DNA from: Thalassolituus sp. LLYu03
GTDB lineage: Bacteria > Pseudomonadota > Gammaproteobacteria > Pseudomonadales > Oceanobacteraceae
NCBI RefSeq assembly: GCF_050507655.1
Contig: NZ_CP191496.1
Coordinates: 2,833,022-2,865,021, forward strand
Reading direction: 5' to 3'
DNA: 32,000 bases
Shown here: one piece after another, positions 1 through 9,154 of the stretch
How positions within the stretch are numbered: position 1 is the stretch's first letter
Layout of the letters: the number at the start of each line of letters is the position of its first letter
Program-made: the position numbers and the translations under genes
The notes under the pieces: model-generated
The model's input: the letters and a program-made list of their open reading frames with translations, nothing else
What the model was told of the DNA's origin: nothing
The model's database searches: none

Positions 1-72
1 CGCCGCCCCAGGTTTTATAGTGTTTCTTCAACATGGTTCTAAAACCTCAGTAATTCTTATACGAGCCAGTGA

Positions 73-1998
73 TCAGAACGAATATTTCGCAGACAGAGCA
101 ATGTTGTCGCGGTCAACCATCTGATTGTAGTCACCACCAGAGAAGTCAGTGTAGGTGATATCCACAGAAGTCTGGTTCAGGTACACGAAGCTTACGCCGA
201 TACCGGTCGTCAGACGGTCATCCAGGAACTGAGCACCTGGCTCAGGACCATTACCCTTGTCGTATGCAACAGACAGACTTGGAGTCACGTTCACACCTGC
301 GAACGCGTTGTTGAAGTCCAGAGCCGCACGCAGACGGATACCACCAGACAGTTTGGTGGTGTAGCCTTCGTCATTACAGTAGTCGGTATTGGTGTTACGA
401 CTGCTGTTAGATGTTGAAGTACCCAGTGAACACATGTCAGTACCCGCTGGTACACCTGTCGGACGGAAGTCACCAACACCATCATTGTTACCAATACCGT
501 ATGCCCCAGATCTGCCATAACGCGCATCGTCTGTGCTAGGGAGATCAGGGATGTAAGTAGCACCAACCTCGCCTACCAGAGCGAGACGGTCTGCACCCAA
601 TACCCGGTCATAGAACTTGATGAAGGTCATCTGAGCCTGCCACATGTCAAACATGTCATAGCCTTCAGCGATTTCACCGTACAGAGCAGAAGCGTCTCCT
701 GCTTCTTGTGCACGCTGATCATATAAGCGACTCCAAGGCACACCGTTACCAGCCAGAATCAGCTCAAATGCGTTCCACTGCAGCGGCATATCAGGCTTGT
801 AGCTGACTTCACCAGAAATCGATGCACCACCTTCTGTACTGGTTGCGAAGCTTATACCCATCAGTTGCAGATCTTCCGGATACGCAATCTGATACAGCGG
901 GCGATAAGTGTTGTAGGTCGCATCGGCATTTACAGAACGGTCATCACCACCGCCAAGAGCGCCAATGCGATCCTGATTCGTCACCGCACCGTTGATGTAA
1001 GGGAGGCGACTGTGAATGTTCATGTAGTAAAAGCCGAACTCGGTATCACCCAGTGCTTCAGAGTACCAACGCAATGCCAAACCGTACTGACCGGAATCTT
1101 TTGGTTGATCGTCCGGCAGACGCTCGGTAATTGGAGCAACACGGTCCGACAGAGGGACGCCAGCTTCAATTTCAGCGTCTCGGAACGCAAGAATATCGCG
1201 CTCATCCGCTTCACCACCCAGAATCACAGGACCACATCCATCGGCAACAAAGTCAACGGTGGAGAAAAAAGTGCCGCATGGGTCAGAACGGGTTTTTTCC
1301 CATTGAAGTTGGTAGAAAGCCTCCAGCGTCACATCGGAGCTCAGACCGACGGAGGTGTACACCATATTAACTGGCAGCAGGCCTTCTTTAACTTCCGCAC
1401 CAGGCTTGCGGAACGCAGAGGCGTCCACGGGGTTAATGCTGTTAATACCGCCCTGAATGAAGGTGCTCTCACCCCAGCTCACAACCTGACGACCGACACG
1501 GATGTTGACCGGTGTGTCGCCCAGTTCGTAGTCGCCCCAAACGTACGCATCCAGCAATTCTGCGCCTTTACCCGCCGCAGCTTTGGTTGCGTCGTTAAGT
1601 TGTTTGAAATCGGTATCTTCGTCCATGATCGCCGTGTCGTAATAGGCGCGCGCACGGAAGAAACCACCATAGTTCAGGTAGTTTACTTCCAGATCGCCGC
1701 TCCACTTCACTACGTTGGTGTAGATATCACCCTTGCTGTAGTTCAGCGTACCGTCGTCATAGTTATACGAGGAACCGTAAGTGGTTTCGCCAATAGCATC
1801 ACCGTTACCACCCATGATCTGACCTTGATCACGTTCAGATGTACGCCACGCGACACCGTAGCTGATGGTGTTATCCAGCTGAACCCCCAAATCGCCGAAG
1901 TTAAATTCAACAGCCTGCGCACTTAAGGAAGCTGCAGAAATCGCCAACGCTAACGGAATTTTACGCATCATCAGCCAGTTCTCTTTTTTTATACTCAT
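73..1998 (-). CDS. DUF1302 family outer-membrane/exported protein
   Basis: ORF 73..2076. The internal ATG at 1998 has a well-placed GGAG (ctggagtcagatATG). N-terminal signal-like MMRKIPLALAISAASLSAQA, then beta-barrel-like sequence (NTISYGVAWR, VRVGRQVVSWGESTF, C-terminal ..IALSAKYSF ending in Phe), which are typical DUF1302 features. Confidence 0.8.
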   Translation of the reverse strand: MSIKKENWLMMRKIPLALAISAASLSAQAVEFNFGDLGVQLDNTISYGVAWRTSERDQGQIMGGNGDAIGETTYGSSYNYDDGTLNYSKGDIYTNVVKWSGDLEVNYLNYGGFFRARAYYDTAIMDEDTDFKQLNDATKAAAGKGAELLDAYVWGDYELGDTPVNIRVGRQVVSWGESTFIQGGINSINPVDASAFRKPGAEVKEGLLPVNMVYTSVGLSSDVTLEAFYQLQWEKTRSDPCGTFFSTVDFVADGCGPVILGGEADERDILAFRDAEIEAGVPLSDRVAPITERLPDDQPKDSGQYGLALRWYSEALGDTEFGFYYMNIHSRLPYINGAVTNQDRIGALGGGDDRSVNADATYNTYRPLYQIAYPEDLQLMGISFATSTEGGASISGEVSYKPDMPLQWNAFELILAGNGVPWSRLYDQRAQEAGDASALYGEIAEGYDMFDMWQAQMTFIKFYDRVLGADRLALVGEVGATYIPDLPSTDDARYGRSGAYGIGNNDGVGDFRPTGVPAGTDMCSLGTSTSNSSRNTNTDYCNDEGYTTKLSGGIRLRAALDFNNAFAGVNVTPSLSVAYDKGNGPEPGAQFLDDRLTTGIGVSFVYLNQTSVDITYTDFSGGDYNQMVDRDNIALSAKYSF

Positions 1999-2072
1999 AT
2001 CTGACTCCAGAAAATATGTATCAACGCAAGTCAATGCGGGCTCCGGGCACATAGTCCCGGAGCAGAGATCAA

Positions 2073-5072
2073 TCAATCATCAGTGGATAATTTAGTAGCA
2101 TCGCCAACAAGCAGAGCCTCACCGTCTGAACCAAAAAATGAAGCAGCTTCTTTGACCATTTCAGCAAATACAGTAGGCGCGTCTGCCGATGCTACAGTGC
2201 CATGGGTTCCCTGATTAAACTTGCTGACGAGAAACAGTTTGGTATCAGCGTCAGCAACACTGCCGCTTACGGTGGTCAGTCCAAGCTGCGCGACCAGAGG
2301 ATCTGTACCAGTCAGATAAGACTTGCCTGTTTCAACATCATTCAGCGCCGGATCAGCGTTGTTAGGGACCACGGTATCTGAAGGATAAATACCAGCACCA
2401 ATCAGAGTGTCAGACAACCCTGTGTTTGGAATCGAATCACCAGAATCAGTGTTGCTGTCGAGCGCACCAACAGTACCGCCACCAACGATTTCATACATCA
2501 GAACAGGAGTACCTGTCGCCTTCAGCAGCGATGTGAAGTTCACCGGATCAACAGAATCGAGCGGAGCCTGGAAAACGCCAAAGAACTTTTCCAGATTGCT
2601 CATACCTTGGGTCAACCCAGCCGCCGCAGCCAGACCTGGCAAAATTTTGGCGGAGAAGGTTGGTGAATTCTCCAGCAGTTTAGGCAGCTGACCGCCCGGA
2701 TGAGCAAAAATGGCAGCTTTAATCGGGTTCAGATCTTTAGACAGAATATTGGCATTGTTCGCAACGGCGTTATTCACCGCTACGTAGGTCATGCCGACAA
2801 TCGCTCCTAAAGAGTGGCCTACGAAGTAGATGTTGTCTTCATCCAGATCGCCAACGCCATCGCCGTCAACATCGATATTTCCAATCGATGCATTGAGGTT
2901 CAACAGGTCCATAACCGACTGGCGCAGGTGATCACGCGTCTGCTGCATGTTGCTCAGATTGATATAAAAATCACCCGAGTTTCCGGACTCAGAACCCGTA
3001 ACAAAACTCATGGCTACCGGCTGCTGCAGTGCATTCAGAGCCAGATTTTCATGCCGCTCTGCCAGACCAGTGTATGGATCATTCTCACCAGCAGCCTGTG
3101 CAACCGCAGCCAGAGTAGCTGCAAACGGGGTATTGGCCGGCGTTGTAGAATCCACGTAACCCGCTACGTTAAATGCATTAAATGCACTGTATCGTACCGC
3201 ATTGCCATTACGATCAGTTGTTGCGGCATCGACACCATGCACAGGATGGTCAATAGCAACAGTAGCAAAACAACCGCTTGCAGGTGCAGCCATCTGGTTT
3301 GCAAAACCCAGAGAGCTGGTGCGATCAGTTGTAATACCATGCTGGAATATGATCGTTTTATACGGAGCAGAGCATGAACCATCGGTAGGGTAAGTAACGA
3401 GAACCGGAACTTTTACGTCTTCTACAAATTGCGCGAACGGGAAACGGTAAGTCACATTGCGGCTACCATCAGAGTCCTTCGGCGGCGTGGTGTCGTCTGC
3501 ATTACCCAGTGCGCTATCAATAACCTCACCCACCAAGGTTGAACCAGTCCAGAAAGAACTTGAATCAACCGATGTACGCTCCATGAACTGAGGCAGAGTC
3601 AGCATGCCCTGCATGGTCGCCGTGCTGTTAGTTAAACCAAGCGCTGCGTTTGGAATAGTGACGACACTCTCACTCGCATCAGTGAAATCACCATCCAGAT
3701 TTAGATCGGTACCGATAGGTAAAAAATCACGTGGAGCCGGACGGTGAGAAGCATCTTTTAGCAGGGCGCCAGCGCCATTCGCGGCAGTCGCGACAAGAGT
3801 GGCATTGTCTGTTGAGCTGGTGTATTGACCCAGAGCCTGAGCAATGTAGCCTTTCTGTGCGTCGTCCCATTCTGTAGGATCAAGCGAAATCTGCTTATCA
3901 GCGTAAGCAGCGTTCCAGTTGTTGATCGCACCAATAATGGTTGCATTACTGGCAGCAATTCCAGTGGCTGCAGTTTTCGCTGCACCGCCATTGATGATGG
4001 CTTTTGCCAAAGTATTGGAAACCAGAGTTTTGTAAATAGCGTTCAGACGAATTTTAACCCGATCCGTCTCAACATCAGGATCCAGATCAACCCAACCTTC
4101 TGTCGCAGCATTCGCAGCATTGATTGCCAGCGCAGCACCCGCTACTAAAGCATCAATGCTGTCTTCCGGCAGCAGAGACTCCATACCAGCTGTGTTTTTC
4201 AGCAATCCGAACAGGTAGTTTTCCGGTGCAGCCATCGACAGCAATACATCTTCTTTAGCATCTGTTGTGAATGCGTAAGTGAGGATCAAATTTTGCTGCG
4301 TAATATTCCCACTGGAAACGCTTGCAAGGAATCCACCCGCCAGCTGCTCCCATGCCTGCACAGCAGTGCGAACAGGATCTAAAGAGCTTGACGGAAGCTC
4401 CAGATCACCAGTCAACAGCTCATACTCAGCAGAACCAGTAGCCGTTGTACCATCCGCACCTTTGATTCCGTTTGTCAGCGCAACGAGATACTTGGTTTTC
4501 GAGTCGAGTGGCTTAAGTGGCGAAATACGGATTGTTGGCGATGCGCCATTGTCCATTTCCACATAGTCAACGGTGTAGTCAACACCTGCAACTGGCTGAA
4601 CAGCAGAGAACGGCACTCCATTAACAGCAGAACTGGCATTGACACTGCTTGCGATATCCAAAGCATCAACTGTTGAGTCGTCTGTGTTATTCAGCAGCTT
4701 AATCAGAAAAACGGTTTGCCCGGCAACCACTGTTGACGAATTCAGCGAAGCATTGAAAGGCAGATCAATGGTCGCAGTCGCTGAAAAGCCTGCCAGATCG
4801 TTGATCATAGTGGTCACAGGTGGTGCAGAATCCGTAACTGCTGCTGTGCCGTCAGTCGTTCCGGAAAACAGAAAATCGCTGTTCACGGGAAGATCTGCGT
4901 TACCGGCTGAAAAAATCGGAGAAACGCGACTTGCAGTTGTGCCTGGCTGACCAGATTCAACGGCTGTTAAATCGACATCGTCGTTGTACTTTTCAACGCT
5001 GCTGATGTTACAGCCGGCAAGGCCTGCTGTGGTGGCTGCGATGGCCAGACTGAGAAGGGTCTTCTTCACCAT
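2073..5072 (-). CDS. Pla-1/cef-type (VolA-like) extracellular/surface lipase, predicted lipoprotein
   Basis: ORF 2073..5189 with likely start at 5072 (MVKKTLLSLAIAATTAGLAGCNISS, a lipobox). Lipase nucleophile motif GHSLGA in YFVGHSLGAIVGMTYVAV, plus 'TIIFQHGIT' oxyanion-type region. Confidence 0.8.
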   Translation of the reverse strand: MVKKTLLSLAIAATTAGLAGCNISSVEKYNDDVDLTAVESGQPGTTASRVSPIFSAGNADLPVNSDFLFSGTTDGTAAVTDSAPPVTTMINDLAGFSATATIDLPFNASLNSSTVVAGQTVFLIKLLNNTDDSTVDALDIASSVNASSAVNGVPFSAVQPVAGVDYTVDYVEMDNGASPTIRISPLKPLDSKTKYLVALTNGIKGADGTTATGSAEYELLTGDLELPSSSLDPVRTAVQAWEQLAGGFLASVSSGNITQQNLILTYAFTTDAKEDVLLSMAAPENYLFGLLKNTAGMESLLPEDSIDALVAGAALAINAANAATEGWVDLDPDVETDRVKIRLNAIYKTLVSNTLAKAIINGGAAKTAATGIAASNATIIGAINNWNAAYADKQISLDPTEWDDAQKGYIAQALGQYTSSTDNATLVATAANGAGALLKDASHRPAPRDFLPIGTDLNLDGDFTDASESVVTIPNAALGLTNSTATMQGMLTLPQFMERTSVDSSSFWTGSTLVGEVIDSALGNADDTTPPKDSDGSRNVTYRFPFAQFVEDVKVPVLVTYPTDGSCSAPYKTIIFQHGITTDRTSSLGFANQMAAPASGCFATVAIDHPVHGVDAATTDRNGNAVRYSAFNAFNVAGYVDSTTPANTPFAATLAAVAQAAGENDPYTGLAERHENLALNALQQPVAMSFVTGSESGNSGDFYINLSNMQQTRDHLRQSVMDLLNLNASIGNIDVDGDGVGDLDEDNIYFVGHSLGAIVGMTYVAVNNAVANNANILSKDLNPIKAAIFAHPGGQLPKLLENSPTFSAKILPGLAAAAGLTQGMSNLEKFFGVFQAPLDSVDPVNFTSLLKATGTPVLMYEIVGGGTVGALDSNTDSGDSIPNTGLSDTLIGAGIYPSDTVVPNNADPALNDVETGKSYLTGTDPLVAQLGLTTVSGSVADADTKLFLVSKFNQGTHGTVASADAPTVFAEMVKEAASFFGSDGEALLVGDATKLSTDD

Positions 5073-5109
5073 ATTGCTACCTGTCTGTTTTTTTATGGTT
5101 ATAAGGTCG

Positions 5110-5146
5110 CTTTGGGGGGTGCGCGAGACTCTCCCCGGCCCCAAAG
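5110..5146. repeat. Inverted repeat (ctttgggg ... ccccaaag) in the leader of the lipase gene
   Basis: 8-bp arms at 5110-5117 and 5139-5146, about 40 nt upstream of the lipase start at 5072. Confidence 0.5.
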
Positions 5147-5377
5147 AGATGCCCAAGACTATAATCTGGCGTGAGCGCACCCTCATCACTCCAAAGTATG
5201 ATTCACTCCTGTTCGGTCACTCATTTTGTATCTGCGTGTAACACGACCTTGGTCGGAGGACACAGATTGTCTGGCAATCCGTCACAAGCATTGAACAGAA
5301 AAGCACGCGCTGTGATTCAGCCTGACATTCCACTAGAATATTGGGCCTTTTTGTAAACTGATTTCAGGAGACAGAAC

Positions 5378-6565
5378 ATGTCCAATCAGGATTCTGTAGT
5401 CATTGTGGCTGGCGTCCGCACCCCGATGGGCGGTTTTCAGGGCAGCCTTTCCAGCGTAAGCGCAACCGATCTGGGCGCACTGGCAATCGCGGAAGCGGTT
5501 AAGCGTGCTGGCATCGATGCCGCCGATGTTCAGGAAGTGATCATGGGCAACGTTCTGCCGGCCGGTCTGAAGCAAGGCCCTGCCCGTCAGGCTATGCGTA
5601 AAGCCGGTCTGCCGGATGCCACCGGTGCCACCACCATCAACAAACTGTGTGGTTCCGGCATGAAAGCCACCATGATGGCGCACGATGCGATCAAAGCAGG
5701 CTCTGTAGACATCGCAGTGTCCGGCGGCATGGAATCCATGTCGAATGCGCCATACGTTCTGGAAGGCGTACGCACTGGCTTCCGCATGGGCGCTGGCAGC
5801 GCTCCGCAGGACCACATGTTCCTCGACGGCCTGCAGGATGCCGAAACCGGCAAACTGATGGGCGCCTTCGCGCAGGAAATGTCGGACAAGAAAGGCTACA
5901 CCCGTGAGCAGATGGACGAATACGCCATCCTGTCCCTGACCCGCGCCAAAGACGCCATCGAGAAGGGCCTGAATGCCGCTGAAATCGTGGCGGTGAAAGT
6001 GGTTTCCCGCAAAGGCGAAACTCTGGTTGAGCAGGACGAACAGCCGTTCAACGCCAACATTGAGAAGATCCCGACGCTGCGTCCGGCTTTCGCCAAAGAC
6101 GGTACCATCACAGCGGCTAACGCCTCTTCCATTTCGGATGGCGCGTCTGCTCTGGTTCTGATGAGCGAAGCGGCTGCTTCCGCGAAAGGCGTTAAGCCAC
6201 TCGCCCGTATCGTGGCCCACGCTACTCAGTCTCAGCATCCGTCTGAGTTCACTGTGGCACCAGTTGGCGCTATCGAAAAAGTACTGGCCAAAGCCGGCTG
6301 GAACAAAGACGACGTGGATCTGTTCGAGATCAACGAAGCCTTCGCCATGGTGGCCATGATGCCAATCGATGAACTGAAGCTGGATATCAGCAAAGTGAAC
6401 ATCTACGGCGGCGCCTGCGCTCAGGGCCACCCGGTCGGTTCTACCGGTTCACGCCTGATCGTGACCCTGATGAACGCGCTGAAAAACACCGGTGGTAAGA
6501 AAGGCGTTGCTGCTCTGTGTATCGGTGGTGGTGAAGCCACTGCGATGGCTATCGAACTGGTGTAA
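5378..6565 (+). CDS. Acetyl-CoA C-acetyltransferase (thiolase)
   Basis: 395 aa with thiolase signatures: NKLCGSGMKA, GGMESMSNAPY, NEAFA, GGACAQGHPVGSTGSR. RBS-like caggag upstream. Confidence 0.95.
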   Translation: MSNQDSVVIVAGVRTPMGGFQGSLSSVSATDLGALAIAEAVKRAGIDAADVQEVIMGNVLPAGLKQGPARQAMRKAGLPDATGATTINKLCGSGMKATMMAHDAIKAGSVDIAVSGGMESMSNAPYVLEGVRTGFRMGAGSAPQDHMFLDGLQDAETGKLMGAFAQEMSDKKGYTREQMDEYAILSLTRAKDAIEKGLNAAEIVAVKVVSRKGETLVEQDEQPFNANIEKIPTLRPAFAKDGTITAANASSISDGASALVLMSEAAASAKGVKPLARIVAHATQSQHPSEFTVAPVGAIEKVLAKAGWNKDDVDLFEINEAFAMVAMMPIDELKLDISKVNIYGGACAQGHPVGSTGSRLIVTLMNALKNTGGKKGVAALCIGGGEATAMAIELV

Positions 6566-6600
6566 TCACCATAGCGTTGTGGCTTACGCCTGACGCAAAC

Positions 6601-6638
6601 AAAAACGGCCGATTCTGCGAAGTATCGGCCGTTTTTTT
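6601..6638. terminator. Bidirectional rho-independent terminator between thiolase and purU
   Basis: aaaaacggccga-ttctgcgaagta-tcggccgttttttt, a 12-bp stem including A/T tracts on both sides, between convergent genes. Confidence 0.85.
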
Positions 6639-6660
6639 ATTGCCGGAAGCTTGAAGCTTC

Positions 6661-6681
6661 TGGCTTCTGGCTTCTGGCTTC
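6661..6681. repeat. Three tandem copies of tggcttc
   Basis: tggcttc tggcttc tggcttc directly adjacent to the purU stop codon (6680-6682). Confidence 0.7.
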
Positions 6682-7531
6682 AGAAGACGATGGTTTTGTT
6701 GCCATGCAGAAGTACGCGATCCTCCAGATGACTGCGCACACCGCGCGCCAGCACCATCTTCTCCACGTCCTTACCCAGACGCACCATGTCTTCTACCGTG
6801 TCGTTGTGGCTGATGCGGATGACGTCCTGATCGATAATCGGGCCGGCATCCAGCTCAGAGGTCACATAATGACACGTGGCACCAATCAGTTTTACGCCGC
6901 GCTCGGCCGCCTGATGGTAAGGCTTGGCCCCCACGAACGACGGCAGGAAACTGTGGTGAATGTTAATCACCTGGCCGTGGTAACGGGTACACAGCTCCGG
7001 CGGAATGATCTGCATGTAGCGCGCAAGCACTATGGTGTCGGCTTTATGCTCTTCCACAATCGCATTCACACGGGCGAAGTGCTCTGCCTTGTTCGCCGGG
7101 TCTACCGGTACATGGAAGAACGGAATGCCATGCCACTCCACCAGTGAACGCAGGGTGTCGTGGTTGGAGATCACACACGGAATATCACAGCTCAGCTCTT
7201 TGCTGTGCCAGCGGTGCAGAAGATCGACCAGACAGTGGCTTTCCTTGCTGGCCATCAGAATCACTTTCTTCGGTACACTGGAATCATTCACATGCCAATC
7301 CATATCGAACTCGTCCGCGATCGGCGCAAACGCTTTCTTCAGCTCTTCCAGCCCAAACGGCAGGGAATTCGCACGGATGCAGTGGCGCATGAAAAAACGC
7401 CCACTGACAGGATCAGAATAATGATTGGCTTCCACAATCCAGCCACCATGGCCAGAGAAAAACTGGCCGACTTTGGCCACGATACCCACCCGGTCAGGGC
7501 AGGAAATGGTTAAACGGTACACTCGTTCCAT
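6680..7531 (-). CDS. purU: Formyltetrahydrofolate deformylase
   Basis: 283 aa. N-terminal ACT-like RLTISCPDRVGIVAKV, C-terminal formyltransferase-type VINIHHSFLPSFVGAKPYHQA and GATCHYVTSELDAGPIIDQ. Confidence 0.93.
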   Translation of the reverse strand: MERVYRLTISCPDRVGIVAKVGQFFSGHGGWIVEANHYSDPVSGRFFMRHCIRANSLPFGLEELKKAFAPIADEFDMDWHVNDSSVPKKVILMASKESHCLVDLLHRWHSKELSCDIPCVISNHDTLRSLVEWHGIPFFHVPVDPANKAEHFARVNAIVEEHKADTIVLARYMQIIPPELCTRYHGQVINIHHSFLPSFVGAKPYHQAAERGVKLIGATCHYVTSELDAGPIIDQDVIRISHNDTVEDMVRLGKDVEKMVLARGVRSHLEDRVLLHGNKTIVF

Positions 7532-7642
7532 AGAAATTCACTAATGGCAGCTTCGCACAACATTCTGGCCCGAGCGGCTATTGAAGCAGGCCGGCCAACA
7601 TGTTCCACTGAAGCTCAATAATCATAAAAATCGGAGAGCGCT

Positions 7643-8413
7643 ATGTTACTCCTAAGAGCCCTGCTTCTCACCCTGTTTGTCGGCGTATCCCTGCCATCAC
7701 TGGCTGCCAATACTGAACAGAGTGTTTACGACCTGCGTACCGGCATTCAGATCGCGCTGCTCGATTTCTATCACTATCAGGCCGACGAAGGTAATCCCCA
7801 ATTGCTGTCAGAGCTGAATCAGGTGATGACGCGCAACGACAGTCAGCGCGCCGCACTGCGCGCTGAGTTGCCATCCGGTTTCGTATCGCAGACCCAGAGT
7901 CTGGACAACGACTGGCAGCACTTCGCCGCCCTGATGAACCAGAACGTCGAAGAAATTAAGAAGAGTAATTTTCCCGAGCTTCAGGTTGTGACCATGATGC
8001 GCGAAGTGGCCGGCCGCATGATGGATAATCTGGATCAGATCAGTCAGTCGTTACGCGACAGCGGCGAAGTCAGCCTAGGTGAAGCCGACATCTGGGCCCG
8101 TCATCAGAAAGAACTGCTGCTGACCATCACCGAACGTTACCTTGAGCGCGCTGCTTCATCCATGGGCGCGCCACTGACCGTCAGCGACGTGACCATCAAT
8201 GATCTGTGCCAGCAGTTTGCCAGCGGCCTCGATCGGGTGCAGGAGAAACGTCTGCCGGACACCGCTCAGGCTGCCATGGGAAAAATCCGCGGTCAGTGGC
8301 TGTTTATCAGCAAAGCAGCGAACGACACCGAAAGCCGTCTGGTGCCGTTTCTGGTGATGCGCTATACCAATGGCATCATTACCCAGCTGAATCAGATTGC
8401 CGGCCTCAGCTGA
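7643..8413 (+). CDS. Exported helical protein of unknown function
   Basis: 256 aa ORF with a signal peptide-like N-terminus (MLLLRALLLTLFVGVSLPSLAAN), 3' terminator and intergenic upstream region. No family recognised. Confidence 0.65.
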   Translation: MLLLRALLLTLFVGVSLPSLAANTEQSVYDLRTGIQIALLDFYHYQADEGNPQLLSELNQVMTRNDSQRAALRAELPSGFVSQTQSLDNDWQHFAALMNQNVEEIKKSNFPELQVVTMMREVAGRMMDNLDQISQSLRDSGEVSLGEADIWARHQKELLLTITERYLERAASSMGAPLTVSDVTINDLCQQFASGLDRVQEKRLPDTAQAAMGKIRGQWLFISKAANDTESRLVPFLVMRYTNGIITQLNQIAGLS

Positions 8414-8455
8414 GCACCTCAAACACCAGACAAAACCCAAGCAGAAATCCCGGAT

Positions 8456-8487
8456 AAAAATAAAGCGGCAAATGCCGCTTTATTTTT
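8456..8487. terminator. Bidirectional terminator overlapping the stop codon of the minus-strand gene
   Basis: aaaaataaagcggca-aa-tgccgctttattttt, a 15-bp perfect stem. Confidence 0.85.
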
Positions 8488-9148
8488 GCAATAAAATTCT
8501 GGGGTCCGGATAAGCCAGTTTACCCACACCAATCGCATCAGCGACATCCGTCACCGCCGAACTCAGAATTTTATCGGCTTCCACCGGCCCCAGCGATTCG
8601 CACAGGCCAATATAAATGAAGTTCAGCAGCTTTTTCAGATCACTGACCTGAATCGCGCTGACATCCAACGTTTTTCCCTGATCCCAGAGTGTAAAGGCAT
8701 AAATAAAACCCTGCGCCAGTTGATTGCGGGCTGCCTGTTCAGCCGCGTAGTTTTTTACCGACCGGGCAGTATCCGAACGTAACTGGGCGAACAATTCCTT
8801 CAGCACCATACTGAAGGTCGGCGTCCAGTCAGCCACCTTTGGACGCGCAATCGCGAGCTCACCCGAGGCTTCCTGTTTATTCAGAAAATTCTGCATCGCG
8901 CGGATCGGATCATCTTTTAATGCCGCATTATTGCTCATCAGAATACCGATCAGCTGGCGATATAAAACAGACCGGTTCAGCGAAATTTCGGGAATATCGC
9001 GGCACTCCGATAAAAAGGCATTCAGCTCAAACTGAGATTTATCGGAGTAACCGTTCTGCCAGCGCCACATTGCCGCCCACAGATCATCACCATCCAGAAA
9101 TTCAGAAAGAACCGTATAGACAGCCCTGCGTTTACCTTCTGCAGTCAT
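8480..9148 (-). CDS. Uncharacterised cytosolic protein downstream of amtB
   Basis: 222 aa ORF with no signal peptide. Start codon lies 6 nt after the amtB stop, and a terminator sits at the 3' end. Confidence 0.7.
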   Translation of the reverse strand: MTAEGKRRAVYTVLSEFLDGDDLWAAMWRWQNGYSDKSQFELNAFLSECRDIPEISLNRSVLYRQLIGILMSNNAALKDDPIRAMQNFLNKQEASGELAIARPKVADWTPTFSMVLKELFAQLRSDTARSVKNYAAEQAARNQLAQGFIYAFTLWDQGKTLDVSAIQVSDLKKLLNFIYIGLCESLGPVEADKILSSAVTDVADAIGVGKLAYPDPRILLQK

Positions 9149-9154
9149 CCGGTT

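Noticed and set aside
1-72. Possible terminator after the DUF1302 gene (ggtttta ... taaaacc)
   Set aside because: Only a 7-bp AT-rich stem with a 22-nt loop and no T tract; too weak to call.
865-1926. 353-aa plus-strand ORF antisense to the DUF1302 gene
   Set aside because: No recognisable motif; typical shadow ORF opposite a well supported coding sequence.
5333-6430. 365-aa minus-strand ORF antisense to the thiolase gene
   Set aside because: Thiolase signatures on the plus strand are unambiguous; the antisense product has no domain features.
6661-6681. Tandem tggcttc heptamers as a possible phase-variation or mobile repeat
   Set aside because: Only three copies, located after the purU stop and outside any obvious promoter. 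Too short to support function, though copy-number variation between strains could be checked.
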